Position numbers and translations under genes: made by a program
Notes under the pieces: generated by a model
Told to the model about the DNA's origin: nothing
Seen by the model: the letters and a program-made list of their open reading frames with translations, nothing else
Databases searched by the model: none
Shown: piece by piece, positions 44,432 to 54,231 of the stretch
Layout of the letters: each line of letters starts with the position of its first letter
Numbering within the stretch: the first letter of the stretch is position 1
DNA from: Rubrobacter sp.
Lineage (GTDB): Bacteria; Actinomycetota; Rubrobacteria; Rubrobacterales; Rubrobacteraceae
Assembly (NCBI GenBank): GCA_035264945.1
Contig: DATFPF010000123.1
Span: 1,190 to 65,189 of the forward strand
Reading direction: 5' to 3'
DNA length: 64,000 nucleotides

Positions 44432-45202
44432 CTAGCCGTCGGCGAGAAAGGTCCGGACGGCGCGGGCGAACCCCTTCGGCGCGGAGTGGTTCGCGGCGTG
44501 GGCCGCACCGGGCAGGACGACGAGTTGGCCTTCCGGCAGGAGCCGCGCGACCTCCTCGGCCCAGCTTTGGGGTGAGATCCGGTCGCGCGAGCCGTGGACG
44601 ACGAGCGCCGGCACCCGCACCATCGGTAGCCTCTCCTCGACGGGATCGTCCAGGGCGTGGCGGAAGGTTCGAAGGGATCGGGCCGGGCCCGCCCGCAGGA
44701 GGTCCACGCACTCGATGAGGGTTAGGGAGGGTCGCTCGCGGGGCGCGTCGAGAAGGAAGCGCCATGCCTGGCGGGGCATGCTTCGCGCCCGCGGGTCCAT
44801 CGTCGGACCTTGAAGCACCACCTTCTCGACGAGCTCGGGGTGGCGCAGGGCGAGCCAGGCGATGACCTGGCAACCCATGGAGTTCCCGACGAGAGCGGCC
44901 CCGCCCAGGCCCACGGACCGCATCCACGCCGCCAGCGCGTCGGCCAGTCCGGCCACGTCCAGCGCGCGGGGTGGCCCCTCGCTCCGGCCGAAGCCGGGCA
45001 GGTCCGGCGCGTAGACGACGTGGGAGCGGGCCAGCTCGTCCATCAGGGGGACCATGTAGCGGCCCGAGACGACCAGCCCGTGCACCAGCACGACGGGCCG
45101 TCCTCCGGCGCCCCACTTCTCCGAGACGCGGGCGTGCATCCGCAGCCCGTCCACCACGGTCAGGGTCGTACGCCGCCCTATCTCTCCGCCGGCCTTCTTC
45201 AT
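44432..45202 (-). CDS. Alpha/beta hydrolase
   Basis: LVHGL, PDLPGFGRS, GNSMG, GAAH. Confidence 0.92.
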   Translation of the reverse strand: MKKAGGEIGRRTTLTVVDGLRMHARVSEKWGAGGRPVVLVHGLVVSGRYMVPLMDELARSHVVYAPDLPGFGRSEGPPRALDVAGLADALAAWMRSVGLGGAALVGNSMGCQVIAWLALRHPELVEKVVLQGPTMDPRARSMPRQAWRFLLDAPRERPSLTLIECVDLLRAGPARSLRTFRHALDDPVEERLPMVRVPALVVHGSRDRISPQSWAEEVARLLPEGQLVVLPGAAHAANHSAPKGFARAVRTFLADG

Positions 45203-45271
45203 GCCGGGTGTCTCTTACCCCGACGACCGCAATCCTCCCCAGAGGCACCTGACGCTATCATGTCCTGGGTC

Positions 45272-45724
45272 ATGAAAGCTGAGCTTGTAGTCTTCGTCGG
45301 CTTGCAGGCCTCGGGGAAGAGCACGTTCTTCCGGGAGCGGTTCGCCGCGACCCACGAGCACGTCAGCAAGGACCTGTTCCGCAACAACAAGAACCGGAAC
45401 AGGAGGCAGGGGGAGCTCGTCGAGGCCGCGCTGCGGGCCGGGCGCCCCGTGGTCGTGGACAACACGAACCCGACCGCCCGGGACCGGCGCCCGCTCGTCG
45501 AGCTCGGCCGCCGGTTCGGGGCCAGGATCGTCGGCTACCACTTCGACTCCGGGGTGCGCGGGTGCCTGGCGCGCAACGCCCGCCGCGAGGGCAGGGCGCG
45601 GGTCCCCGACGTCGCCATCTTCGCCACGGCGAAAAAGCTCGTGCCCCCTTCCCGCGAGGAGGGCTTCGACGAGCTCTACCGCGTCAGACTCGCCGGTCCG
45701 GGCTTCGAGGTCGAGGCGTTCTGA
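45272..45724 (+). CDS. AAA_33-type P-loop kinase
   Basis: GLQASGKST, VVDNTN, RNARR, EGFD. Confidence 0.88.
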   Translation: MKAELVVFVGLQASGKSTFFRERFAATHEHVSKDLFRNNKNRNRRQGELVEAALRAGRPVVVDNTNPTARDRRPLVELGRRFGARIVGYHFDSGVRGCLARNARREGRARVPDVAIFATAKKLVPPSREEGFDELYRVRLAGPGFEVEAF

Positions 45725-45754
45725 GAGATTTCGTCCCCGCGCCGGGGCGAACGC

Positions 45755-46789
45755 CTAAGCGTTCGCGGCAGGGCGTGGGGCGAGTTCCTTGCGGACGGCG
45801 GGGGCGACCTCCGTGCCGAAGAGCTCTATCGCGCGCATTGCCTTATCGTGGGGCAGGGTGCCTACGCTGATCTGGGCCATAAATCGGTCGTTGCCGAAGA
45901 GCTCGTGCTCGTAGAGGATCTTCTCCACTACCTCCTCGGAGCTGCCGACGAGGAGCGCGCCGCGCGGGGATCGCCCCGCCTCGAACTGGCGGCGGCCCAT
46001 CGGGCCCCAGCCGCGCTCGCGTCCTATGCGGTTCATCATCGCGGCGTAGGTCGGGAAGTACTCGTCGCCCGCCCGTTGGGAGGTCTCGGCCACGTAGGTA
46101 TGGGAGTTTATGCTTATCGGCAGCCGGGCCGGATCGTGGCCGGCCTCTCTCGCGGCCTCGCGGTAAAGCCGGGCTAGCGGGGCGAAGTTCTCGGGTTGGC
46201 CGCCGATGATCGCGATCGCTAGCGGCAGGCCGAGCAGCGCGGCCCGGACCACCGACTGGGGCGTCCCGCCGACCGCGATCCAGACTGGCAAAGGGTCCTG
46301 CAAGGGGCGCGGGTAGACGCCGGCGTCCTCGAGCGGCGGGCGGTGCCGACCCGCCCACGTTACGCGCTCGGAGGCGCGCAGCTTCAGGAGCAGATCAAGC
46401 TTCTCGGCGAAGAGCTCGTCGTAGTCGCCGAGGTCGTAGCCGAACAGGGGGAACGACTCGATAAACGAGCCGCGGCCGGCCATGATCTCGGCCCTCCCGC
46501 CGGAGATGAGGTCGAGGGTGGCGAAGTCCTGGAAGACGCGGACGGGGTCGTCCGAGCTCAACACGGTTACCGCGCTGCTCAGGCGGATGTTCTCCGTGCT
46601 CGCGGCGGCCGCCGCGAGCGCCACGGCAGGCGAGGAGACGGCGTAGTCGGGGCGGTGGTGCTCGCCGACGCCGAAGACGTCGAGGCCGACACTGTCCGCG
46701 AGTTCTATCTCCTCGATGAGCTCGCGCATCCGACGCGCCGCGTCGCCTCCAGGTCCGACGTCCGCGAAGGTGTAGAGGCCGAGTTCCAT
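45755..46789 (-). CDS. LLM-class flavin-dependent oxidoreductase
   Basis: [35 protein letters not shown]. Confidence 0.93.
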   Translation of the reverse strand: MELGLYTFADVGPGGDAARRMRELIEEIELADSVGLDVFGVGEHHRPDYAVSSPAVALAAAAASTENIRLSSAVTVLSSDDPVRVFQDFATLDLISGGRAEIMAGRGSFIESFPLFGYDLGDYDELFAEKLDLLLKLRASERVTWAGRHRPPLEDAGVYPRPLQDPLPVWIAVGGTPQSVVRAALLGLPLAIAIIGGQPENFAPLARLYREAAREAGHDPARLPISINSHTYVAETSQRAGDEYFPTYAAMMNRIGRERGWGPMGRRQFEAGRSPRGALLVGSSEEVVEKILYEHELFGNDRFMAQISVGTLPHDKAMRAIELFGTEVAPAVRKELAPRPAANA

Positions 46790-47110
46790 CGTCGGTTCCT
46801 TTCGGGTCACGTCCAAAACGCGGACGTATGTGGGAGATCTAGACCGTCCACCGAGGTATATCACGGCCCTCGCACGCGGGGGTGCGGGCCGTATCCCCGC
46901 GCCTCTTGCGGTCGGGGGTCGTCGGTTCGGGACATTTACGCCCGGGGGAGCGTTTTCTCTTCGCCTTCGGGATGCACGGCGCGTCTTTGCTCGGCTCGTC
47001 GGAGAGCCCGGCACTTCCTCCGTGGCGTCCTCCGGGGTGGAGCATGGTCCCGGCCCGGGCCCGCCCGGGCCTTGCGGGCGAACACCGGCCCGTCCCTGGG
47101 ACCTCTGGGG

Positions 47111-47365
47111 TTATCCTTTCGAGAGGAGTTCGGCCAGCGCGTCCGCGGCGGCCTCTTCGTCCTCGCCCTCGGCGCGGATGATCAGCTTGTCCCCCTGGGT
47201 CGCCCCGAGGGTCATGAGGTTCAGCGAGCTCTTGGCGTTGGCCGCCGTGTCGCCCTTGATGACCCTTATGTCCGACTTGTATGCCTTGGCCGCCTTGACG
47301 AACTGGGCCGCCGGGCGCGCGTGCAGCCCCTCCTCGGGGACCACTACCGCCTCTCTCTCCACCAA
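47111..47365 (-). CDS. ptsH: PTS phosphocarrier HPr
   Basis: GLHARPAA (His15) and NAKS (Ser46). Confidence 0.93.
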   Translation of the reverse strand: MVEREAVVVPEEGLHARPAAQFVKAAKAYKSDIRVIKGDTAANAKSSLNLMTLGATQGDKLIIRAEGEDEEAAADALAELLSKG

Positions 47366-47415
47366 CTGGGTGCCTCGCTTTCCGTAGTAGCGGTCTTCTC
47401 GGGCTCTCTTGCCCC

Positions 47416-48843
47416 CTACGAGGCGGCGGCCTCGCCCTTCGTGTCCCTACCTATGCCCTTCGCCACGATGACGAGGGCCGCGCTGACGACCGTGCCGATG
47501 GCTATGGCGAGCAGGTAGAGCGGCCAGTTGCCGATCAGCCCGATCACGAAGATGCCGCCGTGGGGGGCGCGCAGGGTGGCGCCGAACGCCAGCGAGAGCG
47601 AGGCCGTGATCGCCGAGCCGACCATCATCGAAGGGATGACGCGGAGCGGATCGGCGGCGGCGAACGGGATCGCGCCCTCCGTTATGAATGAGGCGCCCAT
47701 CACCCAGTTCGCCTGCCCGGCCCGCTGCTCCGCGGGGGTGAACAGCTTGCCCCTCACGGCGGTAGCGAGCGCCAGGGCCAGCGGCGGGGTCATGCCCGCA
47801 GCCATCACCGCCGCCATCGGGCCGAAGGCGCCGCCGGCGAGGCCGGCTATGGCGAAGGCGTAGGCGGCCTTGTTCACCGGTCCACCCATGTCGAAGGCCA
47901 TCATCGAACCGAGGATGATGCCGAGCAGGATCGAGTTCGCCCCTTCGAGGCTACCCAGCCAGTTCTGCAACCCCGTCGTCAGGGCCGCTATGGGCTGGCC
48001 GAGGACGGTGATCATCAGCGCCCCGACCACCAGGCACCCGACGAGCGGGTAGACGAGGATGGGCATCAGCCGCCCGAAGCCGCCGGGGAGCTTGATCTTC
48101 TTTAGCAGGATGATAACGGCGCCCGCCAGGAGACCGGCAACGATCCCGCCGAGAAAACCGGCCCCGATCTCGTTGGCGATCAAACCGCCGACCACGCCGG
48201 GCGCGATGCCGGGCCGGTCGGCCATCGCGTACGCTATAAAACCGGCGAGGATGGGCACGAGCATTCCGAAGGCGGTCGACCCTATCTTGAAGATCATCGC
48301 CGGGATCGTGAAGTCTTTGTAGACGTCCGTCTCGGTAACCTGCACGGCGCCGCCGAGCGCGAAGGCGAGGGCTATGAGGATGCCCCCGGCCACCACGAAC
48401 GGGATCATGTAGCTTACCCCGGTCATGAGCCAGCGCCTGACCTCGGCCCCCCACCCGGTGCCGCCCATGTCCGTAGGCACGGCCTCGTCTTCTGCTTCTT
48501 CCTGCGCGGCGGCGTCGGTCGCCGCACCGGCGGCGCCCTTCTCGGCGGCCCTCATCGCCCGCTCGATGACCTCGCCGGGCTTGTCCATGGCTTCCCTGAG
48601 CCTGACCTCGACGGTCGGCTTACCGTCGAAGCGGTTTCGCTCCGAGACGGTGGCGTCGGAGGCAATGATGATCGCGTCCGCGTCCCTTATGACCTGCGGG
48701 TCCACGAACTCGGCCCCCGAGGCGCCGTGGATCTCGATCTCTATCTCGTGGCCCATCTCTTTGGCCTTGGTCTCGAGCGCCTCGGCGGCCATCGCGCTGT
48801 GGGCGATGCCGGTCGGACACGCGGTTACTCCTACGAACTTCAT
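47416..48843 (-). CDS. fruA: PTS fructose-family EIIBC
   Basis: TACPTGIAH, LMTGVSYMIPFVV, FDMGGPVNK, FITEGAIPF. Confidence 0.93.
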   Translation of the reverse strand: MKFVGVTACPTGIAHSAMAAEALETKAKEMGHEIEIEIHGASGAEFVDPQVIRDADAIIIASDATVSERNRFDGKPTVEVRLREAMDKPGEVIERAMRAAEKGAAGAATDAAAQEEAEDEAVPTDMGGTGWGAEVRRWLMTGVSYMIPFVVAGGILIALAFALGGAVQVTETDVYKDFTIPAMIFKIGSTAFGMLVPILAGFIAYAMADRPGIAPGVVGGLIANEIGAGFLGGIVAGLLAGAVIILLKKIKLPGGFGRLMPILVYPLVGCLVVGALMITVLGQPIAALTTGLQNWLGSLEGANSILLGIILGSMMAFDMGGPVNKAAYAFAIAGLAGGAFGPMAAVMAAGMTPPLALALATAVRGKLFTPAEQRAGQANWVMGASFITEGAIPFAAADPLRVIPSMMVGSAITASLSLAFGATLRAPHGGIFVIGLIGNWPLYLLAIAIGTVVSAALVIVAKGIGRDTKGEAAAS

Positions 48844-48891
48844 CGTCTACTGCTCCTTCGCCGTCCGGGGACGCGCCGCGCCCCTCTTTTC

Positions 48892-49353
48892 TCAGGTGGA
48901 GATCTGGGCCCGCATGAGGTCGACGACCTCCTCGGGGGTCGAGGCCTCGCGCAGGCCCTCGCGGAAGCTCTCGTGCATGAGCCTGCGGGCGAGCTGCTGG
49001 AGCACCTTCACGTGCAGGTTGTGCTCCCCCTCGGGCGCCGCGATCATGAATATGAGGTCCGCCTCTTCTTCGCCGTAGGCCAGCGGCGCTTTGGGCCTCC
49101 CGAACGCGACCCCGGCCGTCCGAACCCCTGAGGACTTGGCGTGCGGGATGGCGATGCCCATGCCCATGGCCGTCCCGCCGGTGTCTTTCTCCCGCGCGTA
49201 GACGGCCTGGACGTAGGAGTCGCGGTCGGTTAGCCGGCCGTCGGCGTCGAGCAGGTCTGCCAAGGCGTCGATGGCGGCCCACTGGTCGCCGGCCTCCATG
49301 TCGAGGGCGACCAGGTTGGCGCTGGTGATGTCGTCTATCGAGATGCCGCTCAT
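48892..49353 (-). CDS. PTS fructose-family EIIA
   Basis: RE...TAMG.GIAIPH, H.KVLQQLAR. Confidence 0.9.
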   Translation of the reverse strand: MSGISIDDITSANLVALDMEAGDQWAAIDALADLLDADGRLTDRDSYVQAVYAREKDTGGTAMGMGIAIPHAKSSGVRTAGVAFGRPKAPLAYGEEEADLIFMIAAPEGEHNLHVKVLQQLARRLMHESFREGLREASTPEEVVDLMRAQIST

Positions 49354-50300
49354 ACGGGTGCTTCTCCTTTCAGGATTCTTTTCGGGTCAAGGTCTTCGCG
49401 GAGGCGCACGGCCTCCCGGTCCAGGTCGGCCGGCGTCGGGCCGCGGGACCCGGGTAATCGCGCGGCCGCCGCCCCCCACGCCACAGCCTCGACGAGCCCC
49501 GCCTCCCCGGTGCCCCCCGCGTACAGGAACCCGGCGAGCAGCGCGTCGCCGGCCCCGACGGTGCTGGCCGGGACGAACGGCGGCGTATCGGCGTGCAGCG
49601 CGCCCTCCTCGTCGATCAATACGGCCCCGTCAGCCCCGAGCGAGACGAGGACGGCCCCCACGCCCGCGGCCCTTACCTCATCGGCCGCGGCGAGGACGTC
49701 GCCCAAAGTGCCGAGCGGACGGCCCACGAGGTCGGCGAGCTCCTCCCCGTTGGGCTTTATGAGGTCGGGCCCCTCCCCCACCGCAGCCTCGAGCGCCGGT
49801 CCGCTGCCGTCCACGGCGACCCGGCACCCGGCCTCCCGGCCCGAGGAGACGGCCCGCGCGTAGAGGTCAGCGGGCGCGCCGGGCGGCAGGCTCCCGCAGA
49901 GCGCCAGCCACTCGGCATCGCGCCCGGCCTCGGCCGTCCTGGCCAGCATCAGGTCAAGCTCCTCTTCCGTGAGGCGGGGTCCGGCGGCGTTTACCTTCGT
50001 CAACACCCCCCCGACCTCGGCGAGGCTTACGTTCATGCGGACCGCCCCCTCCACCGGCACGCGGACGAGGTCCATCCCCAACCCCCCAAGCAGCGACAGG
50101 AACTGCTCGCCGCTCGGCCCCCCGACCGGCGCCACGGCCAGGGAGGCCGCGCCGTTGGCGACGAGGTTCCGCGAGACGTTGATGCCCTTCCCGCCGGCCT
50201 CCACGGTCGTCGAGGCGGCCCTCTGCACCTCCCCGCGCACCAACCCGTCCAGCCCGTACGTGAGGTCCAAACTAGGGTTGGGTGTGAGCGTCAGGATCAC
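49350..50300 (-). CDS. pfkB: 1-phosphofructokinase family kinase
   Basis: TPNPSLD, GGKGINVS, GSLPPG, IKPN, STVGAGD. Confidence 0.92.
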   Translation of the reverse strand: MILTLTPNPSLDLTYGLDGLVRGEVQRAASTTVEAGGKGINVSRNLVANGAASLAVAPVGGPSGEQFLSLLGGLGMDLVRVPVEGAVRMNVSLAEVGGVLTKVNAAGPRLTEEELDLMLARTAEAGRDAEWLALCGSLPPGAPADLYARAVSSGREAGCRVAVDGSGPALEAAVGEGPDLIKPNGEELADLVGRPLGTLGDVLAAADEVRAAGVGAVLVSLGADGAVLIDEEGALHADTPPFVPASTVGAGDALLAGFLYAGGTGEAGLVEAVAWGAAAARLPGSRGPTPADLDREAVRLREDLDPKRILKGEAPV

Positions 50301-50589
50301 GCGCGCTTCGTCCCGGCCCCGAAAGGCACGCGCGCGGCGGGCTTACGCGACCCCTGTCCCATTGCCCGTCTGATACCCACGGCTTTCCCCTACCGTCCGC
50401 GCGCCCGATGCACGGCGCGACTCCTAAGAAGGCACGATAGACCCACCCGAATTCCCTGTCAAGTGTGAAAATCCTGGTCATTTGTGCAAGTAAGGTCTGT
50501 GTCCTTAGGCTCTTGGGTGTAAATTGGTGTGCCCCGGGGGTTCCGTGCTGTGGCACAATTGCCGGGGTTGGTCTTGGGGAGGACGCGCT

Positions 50590-51615
50590 TTGGAAGGGCA
50601 TCGCCGGGTGGATCTAACGGAAGAGGGGCTGCTGCAGCTTGCCGAGGTGGCGCACCTCTACTACATCAAGAACCTTACCCAGGAGCACATCGCCGAGCGC
50701 ATCGGGATGTCGAGGTCCAACGTGTCGCGGATGTTGAAGGAGGCGCGGGCCAGGGGGCTCGTCGAGATCCGGATCCACGCGCCGTTGACGGCGGCGGGCG
50801 ACCTCCAGCGGGAGATCGGGGCGCGGCTCGGCCTGAGGGATTGCCTGGTGCTTGCCAACCCAAGGCCCGACGCGGGCGTCTCGACGGCGGCCGACAGGGT
50901 GGGCCGGATGAGCGCGCTTGGGGCGCGTTACCTGCAGGAGAACATAGCGACCGGCAGCGTCGTGGGCGTCAGCTGGAGCAGCACCGTCCACCACGTCGTG
51001 AGCAGCGGGTACCTCCAGGAGAAGGCCGATACGAGCGCGGTCCAGCTGATGGGGAGCATCGGCGGGTCCATAACCGAGCTCGACGGGGTCTCCATCACCG
51101 CCCGCCTGGCCGACACCCTGGGAGCGCGGGCGCACTACCTGCACGCCCCCATGCTGGTCGCGAGCCCCCTCGTGCGGGACGGCCTGCTGCGCGACCCGCA
51201 CATCCGGGCGACGCTAGAGGTGGCCCGGGACGCTGACACCATGGTGGTCTCGGTCGGCACCATAGACCGCCGCTCGGGGCAGTACCGCACCGGCTACCTC
51301 GACGACGCGGACCTCGATGGCATCAGGGCGCGCGGGGCGGTCGGGGACATCTGCGGCTCGTACTACTCGCGCGACGGCTCTCTGGTCCCGCTCGAGATGA
51401 ACGAGCGGACCATAGCAATAGGGTTCGATCAGATGCGGGCCATCCCAAACCGCGTAGGCGTCAGCGGCGGGCCGGGCAAGGCGCTGGCGAACATCGGGGC
51501 CGTGCGGGCCGGGTTGCTGAACGTCCTGATCACGGACGAAGACACGGCCGCCGAGATGCTCGCCATCTTGAAAGGCGAGGAGGCCCCGGCGGAGCTGAGC
51601 GCCAGCCGGGCGTAG
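50590..51615 (+). CDS. SorC/DeoR sugar-binding transcriptional regulator
   Basis: AHLYY..LTQEHIA..SRSNVSRML..AR..GLV.I HTH; GAVGDI; LITDE. Confidence 0.92.
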   Translation: MEGHRRVDLTEEGLLQLAEVAHLYYIKNLTQEHIAERIGMSRSNVSRMLKEARARGLVEIRIHAPLTAAGDLQREIGARLGLRDCLVLANPRPDAGVSTAADRVGRMSALGARYLQENIATGSVVGVSWSSTVHHVVSSGYLQEKADTSAVQLMGSIGGSITELDGVSITARLADTLGARAHYLHAPMLVASPLVRDGLLRDPHIRATLEVARDADTMVVSVGTIDRRSGQYRTGYLDDADLDGIRARGAVGDICGSYYSRDGSLVPLEMNERTIAIGFDQMRAIPNRVGVSGGPGKALANIGAVRAGLLNVLITDEDTAAEMLAILKGEEAPAELSASRA

Positions 51616-51914
51616 TCGCCGAACGTCGGCCCTGCCCGTACGGTCGAGGCTGGTGCGCCTCCGTGCGAGAGGGATTTTAGGTTTTAGGCTTCAGGGGTCT
51701 TCGGGGGGGCCTGGTGGGGGGACGCGGGGCAACGCCCCGCGTCTCGTCTTGGCCGAGCCCGCCCTGGGTCCTGACCTTCGAAGGCCGCCGGGGGTCGCAA
51801 GCCGCGCGAGGCCAGGGGTAGCGTTCCGCCTGATGAAGGTGCCCCATCCACGCCTGGTAAACGTGACCCACGCGCCGGGAACCGGGGTAGCAGGGGGGCC
51901 GACGCCCAAAGGCT

Positions 51915-52616
51915 CTAGTAGCGGCGTCCCCGCTGGCGGGCTATGTCGAAGCGGGCCGAGGAGGAGACGGCCATTACGGCCATGACGCCGCACTGGACGG
52001 GGTCGCTGACGACGAGGTCGGCCGCGTCCGGGACGCTGCCAGGCATGTTCAGGGAGAGGACGATGATGCCCTTCTCCCGGATCTCGTACACGGCCCTTGC
52101 CACGTCACCGCCCATCAGGGCCCCCGCGAGCACCAGCGCCACCGCCCTCGGGAGCCGGGCCACGGCCCTCGTGGCGGCGGCAAGGTCCTCCTCCCCGACG
52201 AGGGGGATGGTGTCGACGGAGATGCGCTCGCCGCGGATGTTGTGCCGGTCGGCCTCGGCGACCGCGCCGACGACCACCTGCCCGACCTGCGCGCCGCCGC
52301 CGACTACGATGATCCTCTTCCCGTACACCTTCTGGAAGGAGGGTGCCCGCTCGACCTCCTCCACGACGCCGAGCGATCGGAGGTCCTGGATCACCTCCCC
52401 CGCCCCACCTTCGGATACCCCTTCGAGCTCGAAGTACACCGTGGACCCGTGCTCGTGCCGCTCGGCGATGTCGACGTAGGTGATGTTGGCCCCGTGCTCC
52501 AGGATGACGCTCGTCAGGGCGTGCAGCACCCCGGGCCGGTCGAAAGTGCGAACCACCAGCGCGAGCGGCGCCGCGGTCTCGTTCGGGGACTGGCTCACGG
52601 GCCTACCGCCCTGCAA
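51915..52616 (-). CDS. ACT domain plus DUF5612-like protein
   Basis: DRPGVL ACT motif; YGKRIIVVGGGAQV, EADRHNIRGERISVDTIPLVGE. Confidence 0.8.
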   Translation of the reverse strand: MQGGRPVSQSPNETAAPLALVVRTFDRPGVLHALTSVILEHGANITYVDIAERHEHGSTVYFELEGVSEGGAGEVIQDLRSLGVVEEVERAPSFQKVYGKRIIVVGGGAQVGQVVVGAVAEADRHNIRGERISVDTIPLVGEEDLAAATRAVARLPRAVALVLAGALMGGDVARAVYEIREKGIIVLSLNMPGSVPDAADLVVSDPVQCGVMAVMAVSSSARFDIARQRGRRY

Positions 52617-52707
52617 CGAAGGTTTTCGCCCTTACGAGCCATGGCCTGATTCTAGGGCAGGTAGCAACCCGTCGCTTGACCGGCGCGACTCCGTTTCCCC
52701 AACCTCC

Positions 52708-53292
52708 CTACGACTTCCGACGGCGGTAGGCCCGCATCTTGGCCCGCGAGCCGCACACGTCCATCGTGCACCAGCTGCCCGAGCGGTTCTTGGAGCCATC
52801 GTAGAAGGCCCACATACACCCCTCGTTGCGGCAGACCTTGAGGCGCCGCCAGGTCCCTTCCCCCAAAGCGCCCACCGCCGCGACGAGCAGACGCGCCGCC
52901 ACCCCGCCGTCCGGGGTGCCCGACCCCGCCGGCAACAGACCGGGCATGCCTTCCCCGTCGAAGCGAACCCGTAAGAGCGCATCCTCCGCCACCTCGTTCA
53001 GCGCACCCGCGCCCCCTCCCACCCCTCCCCCGTTGTGGGACAGCAAGACCCCGCGCAACGCCTCCCGGAACCGGACGAGGTTGTCCCGCGCCCCCTCGCC
53101 CAGCCGGACGTCCTCGTCCAGGAGCCCGAACTCGACCAGCCAGGCCGCCGCCCCATCTACGTCCTCCAGCAGATCGTACCCGTGCATGATGTTCCTGGTG
53201 TTAACGAAACCCTGCACGAGCGCCAACGAACCCGGCGCCGGCTTCGGCCGCAGTCCGTCCCGCATCGGCCTTTCGTCTGATCCCCGATTCAT
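52708..53292 (-). CDS. CGNR zinc-finger (ABATE) protein
   Basis: FVNT N-terminus; RLKVC..C.WAFYD.SKN..WC.M..CGSRAK.R.YR. Confidence 0.9.
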   Translation of the reverse strand: MNRGSDERPMRDGLRPKPAPGSLALVQGFVNTRNIMHGYDLLEDVDGAAAWLVEFGLLDEDVRLGEGARDNLVRFREALRGVLLSHNGGGVGGGAGALNEVAEDALLRVRFDGEGMPGLLPAGSGTPDGGVAARLLVAAVGALGEGTWRRLKVCRNEGCMWAFYDGSKNRSGSWCTMDVCGSRAKMRAYRRRKS

Positions 53293-53317
53293 TACGGCAT
53301 TTTACCTTCCAAAGCTC

Positions 53318-53362
53318 TTGACCGGTTGTAGTTACTATCATATAGTTTTTGATAGTAACTAC
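53318..53362. promoter_or_regulatory. Promoter overlapped by 13-bp perfect inverted repeat (putative operator)
   Basis: TTGACC-17-TATAGT; GTAGTTACTATCA-N9-TGATAGTAACTAC at 53328-53362. Confidence 0.75.
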
Positions 53363-53383
53363 GCTCGATTGGGAGGAACGGTC

Positions 53384-54229
53384 TTGGGCAATACCTGGAG
53401 GCTCGGGGAACGGGTGCGGACGGGTAGTGGTGAGGTGGCTTACGGGGTGTTCGGCGAGGGGTCGCCGGTGGTGCTCGTGCACGGCACGCCGAGCCGTGCG
53501 CTCATCTGGCGGGGCGTGGTGGAGAGACTGGCGGAGCGCCACGCGGTCTACGTCTACGATCTGCCGGGTTTTGGGGAGTCGGAGAAGTATGAGGGGCAGG
53601 ACGTCTCCGTAGCGGCGCAGGGGCGGGCGCTGGCGGAGCTCGTGGAGGTGTGGGGTTTGGAGGAACCTGCGGTCGCGGGGCACGACATAGGGGGCGGTAT
53701 CGTGCTCAGGGCCCACCTGCTCGAGGGGGTTTCTTTTCGGAGGATCTCGCTCCTCGACGCGGTGGTCCTGACGCCGTGGGGGACGCCGGCGCTGGGGCAC
53801 GTCAGGGAGCACCTCGGCGCCTACCGGACGATGCCGACGGGTGTCTTCGAGGCCTACGTCGCCGCTCGCCTGAGGGAAACCACCAGCCGGCCCATGGACG
53901 AAGGGGCCTTCGACGCGTACCTGTCGCAGTGGCGGGGGTCCGACGGCCAGGCCGCGTACCTTAGAAAAGACGCGGCGCTCGTCGAGCGGGACACCGCCGA
54001 GGTAGAGCCGTTGTTGGGGGATGTTCGCGCGCCGGTGGAGGTGGTCTGGGGCGAGGAGGACGCGTGGTTGGACCCTTCGCAAGCGGAGATCCTGGCGCGG
54101 AAGATACCAGGGTCCAATACTCGGCTCGTTTCCGGCGCCGGCCACTTCGTCACGGAAGACGCGCCGGAGAGGGTGGCGGAGGTGTTGGCTGAGTTCTTTG
54201 CAAAGGCCCCGCGCGGCGCGGTGCAATAG
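53384..54229 (+). CDS. Alpha/beta hydrolase
   Basis: LVHGTP, DLPGFG, GHDIGG, AGHF; GGGAGG RBS. Confidence 0.9.
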   Translation: MGNTWRLGERVRTGSGEVAYGVFGEGSPVVLVHGTPSRALIWRGVVERLAERHAVYVYDLPGFGESEKYEGQDVSVAAQGRALAELVEVWGLEEPAVAGHDIGGGIVLRAHLLEGVSFRRISLLDAVVLTPWGTPALGHVREHLGAYRTMPTGVFEAYVAARLRETTSRPMDEGAFDAYLSQWRGSDGQAAYLRKDAALVERDTAEVEPLLGDVRAPVEVVWGEEDAWLDPSQAEILARKIPGSNTRLVSGAGHFVTEDAPERVAEVLAEFFAKAPRGAVQ

Positions 54230-54231
54230 CG

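Noticed and set aside
51616-51914. Hairpin-rich spacer containing GGAACCGGGG, reminiscent of the ydaO c-di-AMP riboswitch
   Set aside because: Lies between converging gene ends and lacks the other conserved ydaO segments
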